A stretch of 60,940 bases of DNA from contig JBDHJS010000019.1 in NCBI GenBank assembly GCA_039586795.1, positions 1-60,940 of the forward strand, in the 5' to 3' direction. Below, piece after piece: positions 30,120-40,380 of this stretch (positions within the stretch are counted from its first letter, which is position 1; each line of letters starts with the position of its first letter). Position numbers and translations under genes: made by a program. This DNA comes from Gemmatimonadota bacterium. Its GTDB lineage: Bacteria > Gemmatimonadota > Gemmatimonadetes > Palauibacterales > KS3-K002. The notes beneath the pieces are model-generated. The model saw nothing but the letters and a program-made list of their open reading frames with translations, did no database searches and was not told the origin of the DNA.

Positions 30120-31361
30120 TTAACGCACCGCAAACTCGTATATCGTCGTCGATGTATAGCGCTCCCCGGGCCGTAAGACCGCCGTCGGGAACGTCGGTTG
30201 GTTAGGAGAATCCGGGAAGTGCTGAGTTTCCAGACAGAACCCCGCTCGGTGCTGGTAGGCTGTTCCTCCTTTGCCCACATCACTGCCATCCAGAAAGTTC
30301 CCGGAGTAGAATTGAATGCCCGGCTCGGTCGTCAGTACCCTCATGACACGCCCGCTGGAGGGTTCGTATACGCTTGCCGCTGTGCTTAACGTGCCATCGT
30401 AGTCATCGAGCACGAAGTTATGATCGTAACCTTCGCCGTAGCGCAACTGCTCGTTCTCCATATCGATACGTGAACCGATCGTCTTGGCTCTTCTGAAGTC
30501 GAACGGCGACCCTTCCACCGGCGATAGCGCACCCGTAGGTATGAGGCCTTCATCGACAGGCGTGAATCGGCTGGCGTTCATTATCAGTTCGTGATCCAGG
30601 ACATCACCGGAGTTGTGACCAGCCAGGTTGAAATAGCTGTGGTGAGTCAGATTGATCACCGTCGGGGCGTCGGTTTCCGCCTCATAATCGATCCGCAGTT
30701 GATCGGATTTCGTAAGGGCATAGGTGACGCTGACGCTGAGCCGGCCCGGGTAACCCTCCTCACCCGCGGCGCTCACGTACTTGAATTCGACTCCGGCCTC
30801 CTGGTCGTTCGCGTACGGTTGGGCCGCCCATACGACTTTGTCGAAGCCAATGAGACCCCCGTGAAGGTGATTGGCGCCGTTGTTCGTGGCGAGCGAGTAC
30901 TCGTTGCCGTCTAAAACGAAGCGGCCACGAGCGATGCGGTTCCCGTAGCGACCTACGATGGCGCCGAAGTACGGGTGGCCGGCAAGGTAGGCGGACAACG
31001 AATCGTGCCCGAGAACGATGTCGTCGAGGTTGCCATTTCGGTCCGGGACGTGAAGCTGGGTGACAATCCCACCGTAGTCAGTGACAGCGACCCGGAGACC
31101 GTTCGGATTGCTCAGCCAGTACAGACTTATCTGTCGTCCGTCATCCAACTGCCCGAACGGCTGAACATCGTATGAAGCCATATCCGTAGCACCTTCTGTT
31201 CCTCTTGAGCTACCGTCGCCTCCGCAACCGAGAATCATCGCAAGAATGACGAGGCCTGATGGGCAGAGCCATCGACATCCATGTCGTGATACGCGGCTAA
31301 CCGGGATTCCACTCGCTGATCGAGCGACTTTGAGAGGTCGGGCCAGATTGAAAGCCTGCAT
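30120..31361 (-). CDS. galM: Aldose 1-epimerase (galactose mutarotase), with lipoprotein-like signal
   Basis: GRYGNRI, HLHGG, NLTHHSYFNL, YDHNF, FCLETQHFPD; ILGC lipobox. Start uncertain. Confidence 0.92.
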   Translation of the reverse strand: MQAFNLARPLKVARSASGIPVSRVSRHGCRWLCPSGLVILAMILGCGGDGSSRGTEGATDMASYDVQPFGQLDDGRQISLYWLSNPNGLRVAVTDYGGIVTQLHVPDRNGNLDDIVLGHDSLSAYLAGHPYFGAIVGRYGNRIARGRFVLDGNEYSLATNNGANHLHGGLIGFDKVVWAAQPYANDQEAGVEFKYVSAAGEEGYPGRLSVSVTYALTKSDQLRIDYEAETDAPTVINLTHHSYFNLAGHNSGDVLDHELIMNASRFTPVDEGLIPTGALSPVEGSPFDFRRAKTIGSRIDMENEQLRYGEGYDHNFVLDDYDGTLSTAASVYEPSSGRVMRVLTTEPGIQFYSGNFLDGSDVGKGGTAYQHRAGFCLETQHFPDSPNQPTFPTAVLRPGERYTSTTIYEFAVR

Positions 31362-31491
31362 ATGAGTCCTGACGTGCGTGGGCGCTGGCCGAGGGTGCTG
31401 AACACTGGGAATAGGTCACGTTCCCGTCAAGGGAGACCGGTAGCCTTTTAACGAATTCCGTCCTCAAGTTGTCAACCTATAGAGAGCAGGA

Positions 31492-32070
31492 ATGTCGGTA
31501 TATGCTATCGGAGAGATGATGAACAATAGACTTGCCCCAACCATCGTTCTGATGATCGGCCTCGTGACTGTCGTGGCGCTTGGAAGCCTGGCCATCGGCG
31601 ACCAAACGGCCCCAGCAAGACGCGCATCCGTTTTTGCCGCAACAGGCTCGTCTGGTAATGCCTCCCAGGTCCTCGATCGAGTCGACCACTATCCCAGAGT
31701 CCAGCGGAACGACGTCGAGGCGGCTCTACGAGCAGCAAACGGGTATGCCGACCCGATTCTCGACGACATCGAGAAGGCCGGGGGCCCTGCGTTAACAAGG
31801 CGAATCGATGCCTATCGCCAGGCGATAATCGATGTGAGCCCGGCCCTTAAGTCGCTGAAAGCCCGGCAGGAGGATTCGCGGCATTCCGCTCTGGCCGCGT
31901 CTGCGCTTGCGGTTTGGCATGAGATGCTGCTCGTGTACTACGAGGCGGCGCCTTCGCCAACGCACCGCCGGCAACTTGAAGCCCGGTACCCGGCCGTGAC
32001 TGAAGCGGCCTGTCAGGCTCGAGATCGGGATCCTTCCACAAACTCCCGCGTCGCCGCTGCACGGTACTAG
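31492..32070 (+). CDS. Hypothetical secreted/membrane-anchored protein
   Basis: 192-aa ORF with an N-terminal hydrophobic helix and helical-looking body; no motif recognised. Alternative start 31516. Confidence 0.55.
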   Translation: MSVYAIGEMMNNRLAPTIVLMIGLVTVVALGSLAIGDQTAPARRASVFAATGSSGNASQVLDRVDHYPRVQRNDVEAALRAANGYADPILDDIEKAGGPALTRRIDAYRQAIIDVSPALKSLKARQEDSRHSALAASALAVWHEMLLVYYEAAPSPTHRRQLEARYPAVTEAACQARDRDPSTNSRVAAARY

Positions 32071-32199
32071 AGCCTACAGAATCGACCCTTCGGGCCCTGC
32101 AGGATTGGTCTGGCGGAACGGGTCGCTTTGGGCGATAATTCCACCGGTACAGGCCGATTTGGCCTGCTACTGAGACCTTGTGCGGAGATAGCCCTGACG

Positions 32200-33381
32200 A
32201 TGACGCATGCCCCTAAGAAGGGCGAGCCGTCCCACGACTCGCCCGGCCGCCCGACGGCCCTCGCGACAAAACGGGCGGAAGAACACCTCAAGAGCGAGAG
32301 CGACTTCATATCCGCCGTGCTCGACACGGTCGGCGCCCTGGTCGTGGTTCTTGATCGCAAGGGCAGGATAGTACTGTTCAACCAGGCCTGCGGGCAGGCT
32401 ACGGGCTACACGTTCGATGAGGTGGAGGGGCGCCCGTTCTGGGAGCTCTTTCTGATCCCTGCCGAGGTCGAACCGGTAAAGGGCGTGTTCGCCGAGCTCG
32501 CGGCAGGGAACTTTCCGAACAAGTACGTCAACTACTGGCTCACCAAGGCGGGCGAGCGCCGGCTGATCTCCTGGTCCAACACGGCCATTCTGGGTGATGA
32601 TGGCGAGGTCGAGTTCGTCATTGGTACTGGCATCGACATCACCGAGCATACGCAGCTCGAGCGCCAACTTCATCAGGCCCAGAAGATGGAAGCCGTTGGC
32701 CGCTTGGCCGGCGGTGTAGCTCATGACTTCGGTAGCGTGCTTACCGCGATCAATGGCTACGCGGAGCGCGCTCGTCGCCACCTGGACGAGGACAGCGCGG
32801 GTCGAACCGACCTGGACGGTGTGGCGAAGGCCTGCGAGCGAGGGACGGCCCTGATTCGGCAACTGCTCGTCATCGGCCGTCCACGCGAAGTCGAGCGAAC
32901 CAAGCTCGATCTCAACGCCGTGGTGGACGAAACGAGCGCGATGCTTCGCCGAGTCGTGGGAGACGATGTGGAACTCGCCTTGGGCCTGCGCGCCAGGGAT
33001 GCAACGGTGCTTGCAGATCGCAGTCAGGTAGAGCAGGTCCTTCTCAACCTTGCCGTAAACGCTCGGGATGCTATGCCGCAGGGCGGAGTGCTCAGCATCG
33101 AGACGGCGAACGTAGATCTGAGTGAGAAAGCTGCACAGTCGCACGGTGGAGTGAGTCCCGGGCGCTATACCATGCTAGGGATTGGCGATACCGGGGAGGG
33201 AATGGACCGCGAGACGTTGCAGCACGTGTTCGAGCCGTTCTTCACAACGAAGGAAGAGGGCACAGGGCTGGGCTTGTCGACCGTCTACGGAATCGTGAAG
33301 GGGTTTGGCGGGTATGTCACGGCCGAAAGCGAGCCCCGACACGGAACCAGCGTCAAAGTATACCTACCCACCGCTAGCTAG
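32200..33381 (+). CDS. PAS/PAC sensor histidine kinase (no receiver domain)
   Basis: PAS/PAC, QAQKMEAVGRLAGGVAHDF, NLAVNARDAM, DTGEGM, FEPFFTTK, GTGLGL. Confidence 0.9.
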   Translation: MTHAPKKGEPSHDSPGRPTALATKRAEEHLKSESDFISAVLDTVGALVVVLDRKGRIVLFNQACGQATGYTFDEVEGRPFWELFLIPAEVEPVKGVFAELAAGNFPNKYVNYWLTKAGERRLISWSNTAILGDDGEVEFVIGTGIDITEHTQLERQLHQAQKMEAVGRLAGGVAHDFGSVLTAINGYAERARRHLDEDSAGRTDLDGVAKACERGTALIRQLLVIGRPREVERTKLDLNAVVDETSAMLRRVVGDDVELALGLRARDATVLADRSQVEQVLLNLAVNARDAMPQGGVLSIETANVDLSEKAAQSHGGVSPGRYTMLGIGDTGEGMDRETLQHVFEPFFTTKEEGTGLGLSTVYGIVKGFGGYVTAESEPRHGTSVKVYLPTAS

Positions 33382-33565
33382 CGCAGGGGAAACTCTAGCG
33401 CAGCCCGCCGTTCCCATTCCATCTTTGCCCTTCCGTACGACCGGTACTCCAATTGTCTTCCAAAGCAGCGGCAGGCCTGCGATACCTGGCCGGCAGGCCG
33501 GTTGCGTTGCAGCGGGCGCGAATTACAATACCGTGCACCGCCCAACGAAGACGAGTATAGAACGC

Positions 33566-33858
33566 TTGCAGAGTATCCCAGCTAAGCTGCTGACGGCCGT
33601 TCGTTTGCCGATCGCCGTTTGTCTCGCCGCCATATCTTCCACCATGGCTTGTGACTTCCAACAGCCCGAGTGGGAGATCGATCTCATCCTCCCGTTCAAC
33701 AGCGACACCATCACGTTTCAGGATCTGTTGCCACCCGGCGTTCTCGTGGACACGATACTGGTGTAAAGGTCGTCTATTTCGATATCAGTGCTGCTCGTCA
33801 GGCCGTCGCGGCAGGAGACGAGCTTGTGGTGGCCGCCTCGATCTCAATCTGGCCTTAG
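33566..33858 (+). pseudogene. Probable remnant of a lipoprotein gene
   Basis: Signal-like stretch ending STMAC, then DFQQPEWEIDLILPF...LLPPGV, stop at 33766. A protein-like continuation (GVKVVYFDIS...) lies in another frame. Confidence 0.4.
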
Positions 33859-33937
33859 GCGATGTGGGTCGCTGTGTCACTGTGACAGAGTCCAGCCCGA
33901 AGCACGCCCTGCAGGATGTGTTAAGAAGGGAGTCCGT

Positions 33938-35401
33938 TCAGCAGCAGCTGGACGGGATCGCGTATCCACGCTCGACATCGGTCAGCGGCGCTGGGTAGTT
34001 ACCTGTAAAGCACGCGTCGCAGAACGGCCCCGCGTTCTTCACTGCCTCGATCATCCCTTCCAGCGACAGATATCCGATGGAGTCAACTCCAAGGTACTCG
34101 CGTATCTCTTCCACGCTGCGTTTCGAGGCGAGCAGTTCTTCTCGAGTGGGCATGTCGATCCCGTAGTAACACGGGAAGCGAATGGGTGGTGAGGAGATTC
34201 GAACGTGGATCTCCTTCGCCCCGGCCTCGCGGATCATCGAGACGAGCCCGCGGCTGGTGGTGCCTCGGACCAGCGAGTCGTCAACCATGACCAGCCGCTT
34301 GCCGTCGACGATCTCGCGGACCGGGTTGTATTTCACCCGGACCTTGAAATCTCGGTCCGTCTGCACCGGCTGGATGAACGTTCGGCCGATGTAGTGATTG
34401 CGGATCAAAGCCAGCTCGAGGGGTAGACCAGAGCCCTCGGCGTAGCCGAGGGCCGCCGAGTTGGATGAGTCGGGAACGGAGAAGACGCTATCCGCATCGG
34501 CCGGGTGCTCGAGCGCCAACTGGCGGCCGAAGGCGCGGCGCGCCGCGTCAACCGATTGACCCCAGATTTGCGAGTCGGGCCTCGCAAAGTAGATCAACTC
34601 GAAGATGCAGGATGCCGGCACCGTCGGCGTGAGGCGAGGTAGCTCTTCGATCGAGCCATTACGGATCTTCAGCACCTCGCCGGGCTCGATATCCCGTATG
34701 TATTCCGCCTCGATCAGATCCAGTGCGCAGGTCTCCGAGGCCACGATGATGGCCGAACCCAGCCGACCCAGCACGAGGGGCCGGAAGCCCCGGGGATCGC
34801 GCGCCGCGTAAACGCAGTCGTTGACCAGGATGGCCAGCGAAAAAGCGCCCTCGACCTGGCCGAGCGCCTCGAGAACATGCTCGTCCGGGTTGGAGAGCTG
34901 AGAGCGCGCGATCAGGTGAACGATTGTCTCCGAGTCCATCGTCGATTGGAAGATCGCCCCTTCGGCGACCAGGCGGTTCCGAAGCTCGGCGGCGTTTGTG
35001 AGGTTGCCGTTGTGGGCGAGGGCAAGGGTACCGTCGCGGTAGTTGACCAGCGCTGGCTGAGCATTGCGGAGTTCCGATTCTCCGGCTGTGGAGTAGCGTG
35101 CGTGGCCAATCGCTACTTGTCCCTGCAGCTCGCGGATATCTTCGTTCTTTATCGCCTCGGCGACGAGGCCCATCCCCTTATGAATACGGGTCGTTCCGTC
35201 ATCGTCGACCGCAACGATGCCCGCGGACTCCTGGCCGCGATGCTGTAAGGCGTACAGCCCTAGGAACGTGAGCTCGGCCGCCGCTTCGTGGCCGGACACC
35301 GCGAACACGCCGCACTCCTCGCGAAGCGACTTCTCCACCACGTGGAGACGCCTCTTCACAGATGATCCCTTGGTTTCCTCAGCCACGTCTCTCAACGTCA
35401 T
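33938..35401 (-). CDS. purF: Amidophosphoribosyltransferase
   Basis: Propeptide then EECGVF, LQHRGQE, AHNGNL, VDDSLVRGTT; Fe-S cysteines CIFE, PCYYG, CDAC. Confidence 0.97.
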   Translation of the reverse strand: MTLRDVAEETKGSSVKRRLHVVEKSLREECGVFAVSGHEAAAELTFLGLYALQHRGQESAGIVAVDDDGTTRIHKGMGLVAEAIKNEDIRELQGQVAIGHARYSTAGESELRNAQPALVNYRDGTLALAHNGNLTNAAELRNRLVAEGAIFQSTMDSETIVHLIARSQLSNPDEHVLEALGQVEGAFSLAILVNDCVYAARDPRGFRPLVLGRLGSAIIVASETCALDLIEAEYIRDIEPGEVLKIRNGSIEELPRLTPTVPASCIFELIYFARPDSQIWGQSVDAARRAFGRQLALEHPADADSVFSVPDSSNSAALGYAEGSGLPLELALIRNHYIGRTFIQPVQTDRDFKVRVKYNPVREIVDGKRLVMVDDSLVRGTTSRGLVSMIREAGAKEIHVRISSPPIRFPCYYGIDMPTREELLASKRSVEEIREYLGVDSIGYLSLEGMIEAVKNAGPFCDACFTGNYPAPLTDVERGYAIPSSCC

Positions 35402-35550
35402 CCTCACCCCGGTCTTTGGAAATCGTCCCAGCGAAGCTGGAATGATAATAGGCCGCCGACGGTTCATCCAGACTGAACCGCCGCGGCCTTGTGGTATCCG
35501 AAAGCTATCGAACGGGCAGGGGGATCGCCGGTTCTGTTCAACCGCTCGCT

Positions 35551-36273
35551 TCAGCCTCCGCTAGACGTCGTATCGGCCACCGCGCCGCCCGCGAACGCGT
35601 CGACGCACGTCGAGCCCGCCGCCTGGACTCTAGAGTCCATGGAAAGCGCGCTCGGATCGGTCTTCAGCGCCTCGGTAATCGAGGCAATCGTCGCTCCATC
35701 CACTCCGGCTGCTTGTGCCTCGTTCGACGTGCACTCACAGACCTTCAACGAGGCGTCCGGAGTCAGCATCTGGTTGTCAACGAATGATGTCACACAAATC
35801 GGAATAAAGGCGCTGAACTCCGTCCCTCCCGTTGCCGAGGGCGGTGGAGGTGGCGGCTGATCCTCGCGTGGCTGAGCCGCTGGCTGTTGAGTCGTGCGTA
35901 CTTCGACCGCCTCCACGCGAGCCGGCACCTCGAGGTACATACCACCCGGTGTGGGGCTCGGTACCGTTCCCATCGGTGACGAACTCTCACCCGTGTACTG
36001 GCGCCAGGACGATCGTAAGACGGCGTCAACCACCTCGCCGCCGTCGAAGAACACGATGTCGGCCGTTCCGTATTCCTCCTCCACGCCGTTCTGATAGAAG
36101 AAGAACGTGTACGCCTCGTAAGATCGGATGGCGGCCGGCTCGCCGAAGATCCCTGTAACCTCTTCCATCGACATTCCGGGGCTGATCGTTTGCACACCCT
36201 GAGCTGTTGCCGATCCTGCCACGAGAACTGTGGCGGCCAGTGCCATTGTCCAGCGTGCCGCTCTGCTTGCCAT
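35551..36273 (-). CDS. Secreted protein: BamE/SmpA-like N-domain, Pro-rich linker, Cys-containing C-domain
   Basis: Signal peptide (ATA-Q), PGMSMEEV..IFGEP motif, PPPPPP linker, four Cys in C-terminal domain; SD GGGGAG. Confidence 0.65.
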   Translation of the reverse strand: MASRAARWTMALAATVLVAGSATAQGVQTISPGMSMEEVTGIFGEPAAIRSYEAYTFFFYQNGVEEEYGTADIVFFDGGEVVDAVLRSSWRQYTGESSSPMGTVPSPTPGGMYLEVPARVEAVEVRTTQQPAAQPREDQPPPPPPSATGGTEFSAFIPICVTSFVDNQMLTPDASLKVCECTSNEAQAAGVDGATIASITEALKTDPSALSMDSRVQAAGSTCVDAFAGGAVADTTSSGG

Positions 36274-36433
36274 GTCGCTCCCCCTGTGTCGCAATACTGC
36301 CATCAAGCGGCCTACGTACGGGGATCACCGGCGGGCGTCCCCTCCAACATGTGAAATATAGCAAATTTCGCCGGTTCAACCGGCTTCGAGGTGAGCCGGG
36401 CTATATCTAGCTCCGGCTTGGAGTTTCCTCCTC

Positions 36434-37309
36434 TTACTCGGCCTCTTCTGGCCCCGCATCGGATCTGCCGCGGCTCGACCAGTGTGGCCGAATATCTTCG
36501 TACTCCAGATCCCGGGTTTCTGTTTCATCGGCTTCCAGCTCTTCCTCCAGAGGATCGCGGTCCGGGATACGGTCCAGCAGACCCAGGGCGGCCGAGCGAA
36601 CGACGCCGACGGTGATGTAGGCCAGTCCGACAGGGAAGACGACCAACTGGGGATTCCAGATGAGCGACGCCACGCAGGACAGCACGAGAATGATGCCAAC
36701 GCGCCCACTGGTGGTGCGGAGACTGAGCCGGGGGATCGCCGGATAGATCGCGTGGCTGAGCATCAGCCCCGCCAGAACAATCATATACACGCCGATCATT
36801 CTCGTCCACGGCAAGGCGGCTAGGTACTCGGCGAAGAAGGCTGTCTGGCTGAACGGATAGAACGAAGAGATCGCCACGCCGGCGGCGGGCGAGGGCAGAC
36901 CGTGAAAGTGAATCTTTGCCTGCCCGCCCTGTTCGATGTTGAATCGGGCCAGCCGAACGGCGACGGAAGCGACGTAGATGAAGCTGAGTGTCCATCCCCA
37001 GTCACCGGACTGCAGGTAGAGCACGAAGAAGAGGACCCCTGGCGCGACTCCAAAACTGACAAGGTCGACTAGCGAGTCGAGTTCCGTCCCGAAAGGCGAT
37101 CCCGTTCTTGAGAAACGTGCGATGCGCCCGTCGAGGGCGTCGGCGACAGCGGCCATGAAGATCAGCCAGGCCGCTGTACTGTAGTCCCCGCGGATCGCGG
37201 AGATGATGGCCCAGAACCCAAAAAACAGATTGCCCAACGTGAAGGCGTTGGGCAGAATGACGATCGCCCGTCGGCGCCGAGCGCCGGCCGGCCTGCTTCT
37301 TCTGTTCAT
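36434..37309 (-). CDS. pssA: CDP-diacylglycerol--serine O-phosphatidyltransferase
   Basis: PNAFTLGN, DALDGRIAR...G..LDSL.D CDP-alcohol motif, RLARFN, F.GLPSP. Confidence 0.95.
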   Translation of the reverse strand: MNRRSRPAGARRRRAIVILPNAFTLGNLFFGFWAIISAIRGDYSTAAWLIFMAAVADALDGRIARFSRTGSPFGTELDSLVDLVSFGVAPGVLFFVLYLQSGDWGWTLSFIYVASVAVRLARFNIEQGGQAKIHFHGLPSPAAGVAISSFYPFSQTAFFAEYLAALPWTRMIGVYMIVLAGLMLSHAIYPAIPRLSLRTTSGRVGIILVLSCVASLIWNPQLVVFPVGLAYITVGVVRSAALGLLDRIPDRDPLEEELEADETETRDLEYEDIRPHWSSRGRSDAGPEEAE

Positions 37310-37977
37310 TGCGCGTTCTCGGATTCCTGCAGCTGTGCCAGAACGGTCATTCCGCCGGTCGCGCGCTCTCCGACCTGGACATTCAGGGTCACGTCGGGTG
37401 GCATGTAGATATCGACTCGCGAGCCGAACCGGATGAGTCCCATCCGCTCACCCTGTTCCACCTGGTCTCCCAACTCCGCGTAGCTGACGATTCGCTTGGC
37501 GGCCAGTCCCGCTATCTGGTTCACCAGCAGCGCACCGCCGCCAAATTCGATCCCCGTCGACGAGCGTTCGTTCGAGTGGCTGGCCGAGCTTCGCCAGGCA
37601 GGCTCGAAGTTGCCAGCATCGTAGGATCGATGCCCAACGCTGCCCGAGACGGGATAGCGGTTGATGTGAACGTCAAACAGAGAAAGGAAAATCGAGAGAC
37701 GCACGGCTTTGCCGTGAAGGTATGAAGGCTCCTCGACGTCGGTGATTTCGATGATTTTGCCATCGGCCGGCGAGAGGATCAGATCGCGGCCCTTAGGTCC
37801 GACACGCTCGGGGTCGCGGAAGAAGGCGATCACGCCCAGAGCGAGGATACTTATAGTCACTGCGAAGGTCCAGAGAACCGGCCCCCCTTTTATGACCGCG
37901 GCATCGAGCAGTACGATCGCAGGGATCGCTGTGCTGAGGATGAATGGGTAGCCTTCCCGAGCCAGAGGTATGCGCAT
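37306..37977 (-). CDS. psd: Phosphatidylserine decarboxylase proenzyme
   Basis: FFRDPER, SPADG, DVHINR, QIAG, FGSRVD self-cleavage motif. Confidence 0.95.
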   Translation of the reverse strand: MRIPLAREGYPFILSTAIPAIVLLDAAVIKGGPVLWTFAVTISILALGVIAFFRDPERVGPKGRDLILSPADGKIIEITDVEEPSYLHGKAVRLSIFLSLFDVHINRYPVSGSVGHRSYDAGNFEPAWRSSASHSNERSSTGIEFGGGALLVNQIAGLAAKRIVSYAELGDQVEQGERMGLIRFGSRVDIYMPPDVTLNVQVGERATGGMTVLAQLQESENAQ

Positions 37978-37983
37978 CTGCTG

Positions 37984-38946
37984 CTAGCTCGCTTGTTCGA
38001 GTGACTCGCCGGTTACTAGCTCGTACGCTTTCAAATACCTCTTAGACGTGCTTTCCACAACCTCGTCTGCCAGCTTCGGCGGCGGCGGTTGCTTGTCCCA
38101 TTCGCCCTTCATCACCATGAGGTCGAGATAGTCTCGAACCGGCTGCTTGTCGAACGACTGCTGGCTTTGACCCGGCTTGTACTGGTCGACGAGCCAGAAT
38201 CGAGATGAGTCGGGGGTCAGCACCTCGTCGATCAACAGGATCTCGCCGTCCGCGCTGACGCCAAACTCGAACTTCGTGTCGGCGAGGATGACGCCGCCCT
38301 CGTACGCTATGTCCCGGGCGCGCTCGTACAGATTGAGGCTGATGTCGCGAAGCGTGTTGGCGACAGCCATGCCAACGATCCCACAGACACGACTGAACGT
38401 GATGTTCTCGTCGTGACCCTCGGTCGCCTTCGTCGCCGGCGAAAACATTGGCGGGTCGAGACGCTGGGCTTCGACCAATCCCTCCGGCAGCCGTTCGCCG
38501 GCCAGGGTTCCGGAGTCACGATACTCCTTCCAAGCTGACCCCGTGATGTAACCTCTAACGACGCACTCGACGGGAAAGGGATCGGTCCGCCTTACCAGCA
38601 TAGATCTGCCGTCCCAGCGCGCTCGCGAATCAGCCAGCTTGGGGTCGCGCTCGATGATCTCCTCGGCGTCGGTGCTGATCATATGGTTGACCACGATGTC
38701 GCTCACACGATCAAACCACCATTTCGACAACTGGGTGAGCACCGTCCCTTTGTAGGGTATCGGCTCATCCATGACCACGTCGAAGGCGCTTAACCGATCG
38801 GTGGCAACGATCAGTAGATCGTCTCCCAACTCGTACACCTCTCGTACTTTCCCTTCGCGCAGGAGGGGAAGGTCGAGCTTCACACTGCTAAGCGTATTTT
38901 CTATCACGGGATATCGCGGGTAGTTGGTTGTCAGCCTTGTGTTCAC
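37984..38946 (-). CDS. purC: SAICAR synthetase
   Basis: GKVREVY, TDRLSAFD, ECVVRGY, DTKFEFG, DEVLTPDSSRFW, DKQ. Start either GTG 38946 (GTGA overlap) or 38907. Confidence 0.95.
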   Translation of the reverse strand: MNTRLTTNYPRYPVIENTLSSVKLDLPLLREGKVREVYELGDDLLIVATDRLSAFDVVMDEPIPYKGTVLTQLSKWWFDRVSDIVVNHMISTDAEEIIERDPKLADSRARWDGRSMLVRRTDPFPVECVVRGYITGSAWKEYRDSGTLAGERLPEGLVEAQRLDPPMFSPATKATEGHDENITFSRVCGIVGMAVANTLRDISLNLYERARDIAYEGGVILADTKFEFGVSADGEILLIDEVLTPDSSRFWLVDQYKPGQSQQSFDKQPVRDYLDLMVMKGEWDKQPPPPKLADEVVESTSKRYLKAYELVTGESLEQAS

Positions 38947-40376
38947 ACCGAGAGCTTGGGGCTCGCCTTTTCTACTTCGCCGCCGTACCGCTCCAGAATC
39001 GGGTCCACCCATTGCTCGACGAATCGGTCGACTTGCTCCGGGGCTCGGCCCACCATTGCTTCCGGGCTGATCATATGCTCGATCTGCTCCCGTGCAATGC
39101 CTATTTCCGAGTCCCCGGCCAATCGCTCGACCATGTCGTTAGACTTGCCTTGGCGCACCCGATCGGCAGCGGCGATAGAGTGCCGCCGGATGCGTTCGTG
39201 CAATTCCTGGCGGTCTCCGCCCCTGGCCGATGCATAAAGCAGAAACGGCTCCGCCGCCAGATACGGGAGCTGCTCGGCTAGGCGGCGCGAGCAGACCTCA
39301 GGGAACACCTCCAGTCCAGCCACCACGTTGTGAGCCAGCAGCAGAATCGCGTCCGTCGCCAGATAGGCCTCCGGTACAGCGATTCGCTTGTTCGCCGAGT
39401 CATCCAGGCTGCGTTCCAGCCACTGGGTTGCCGCCGTAACGGCTGGGTTTTGCGCCAGGGCGATGACGTAACGGCCCAGAGCATCGATGCGCTCCGACCG
39501 CATCGGGTTCCGCTTGTGCGCCATAGCGCTCGAGCCGATCTGCGACTTGCCAAACGGCTCTGCGACTTCGCCGAAGTTCTGGAGCAATCGAATGTCGTTG
39601 CCGAACTTCGAAAGCGATTGCGCGATCTCGGAAAGAGCGCCCAGCAACGAGGCGTCGACCTTGCGCGGGTAAGTCTGAGAAGAGACCCCGTACAGTTGCT
39701 CGAAGTCCAGCTTGGCGGCCACCAGCTCGTTCAGACGGTCGACCTTTCGCGAGTCGCCGTCGAACAGGATCAGGAATGAGGCTTCGGTTCCCGTTGCGCC
39801 GCGGGCGCCCCGGAATCGGAGCTTCTGCAAACGAAACTCGACCGTCTCGAGGTCCAGGACCAGGTCCTGAAGCCACAGCGTCATCCGCTTGCCCATGGTC
39901 GTCGGCTGCGCGGGCTGCAGATGAGTGTATCCGACGCAGGCGACGGCACGGTTCTCGATCGCCCGGTCACGCAGCGTTGAGATCAGGCTCAGAAGTCGAG
40001 TGCGGATCAGCTGCAGCGCTTCGCGGTGCTGAATGAGGTCGGCATTGTCCATCACGAAAGCTGACGTCGCGCCGAGATGGATCACGCCTCTTGCCTCGGG
40101 CGCTACCTCGCCGAACTGGCGTATGTGTGCCATGACTTCGTGGCGCACTTCGGATTCGATCTCGGCGATGCGCGCCAAATCGATCTCATCGATATGGGCC
40201 CGCATCGACTCGATGGCTTCCTGGCTGACCTCCAACCCCAGTTCGCGCTCCGACTCAGCTAGCGCGATCCATAGCTGGCGCCAGATACGCGCCCGATGAG
40301 CCGACCCGAAGATCGCCCCCATCTCCGGAGACGAGTAGCGCGTGATCAACGGGTTCTGATACTGGTCGTTTGTCAC
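38943..40376 (-). CDS. purB: Adenylosuccinate lyase
   Basis: RHEVMAH, IHLGATS, THLQPAQ, GSSAMAHKRNP. Confidence 0.96.
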   Translation of the reverse strand: MTNDQYQNPLITRYSSPEMGAIFGSAHRARIWRQLWIALAESERELGLEVSQEAIESMRAHIDEIDLARIAEIESEVRHEVMAHIRQFGEVAPEARGVIHLGATSAFVMDNADLIQHREALQLIRTRLLSLISTLRDRAIENRAVACVGYTHLQPAQPTTMGKRMTLWLQDLVLDLETVEFRLQKLRFRGARGATGTEASFLILFDGDSRKVDRLNELVAAKLDFEQLYGVSSQTYPRKVDASLLGALSEIAQSLSKFGNDIRLLQNFGEVAEPFGKSQIGSSAMAHKRNPMRSERIDALGRYVIALAQNPAVTAATQWLERSLDDSANKRIAVPEAYLATDAILLLAHNVVAGLEVFPEVCSRRLAEQLPYLAAEPFLLYASARGGDRQELHERIRRHSIAAADRVRQGKSNDMVERLAGDSEIGIAREQIEHMISPEAMVGRAPEQVDRFVEQWVDPILERYGGEVEKASPKLSV

Positions 40377-40380
40377 TGAA

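Noticed and set aside
32167..33144. 325-aa minus-strand ORF
   Set aside because: Antisense to the histidine kinase; no recognisable domain.
13300..33930. Genomic island or prophage
   Set aside because: No integrase, transposase, tRNA or flanking direct repeats seen and no obvious GC shift by eye; described only as a variable region.
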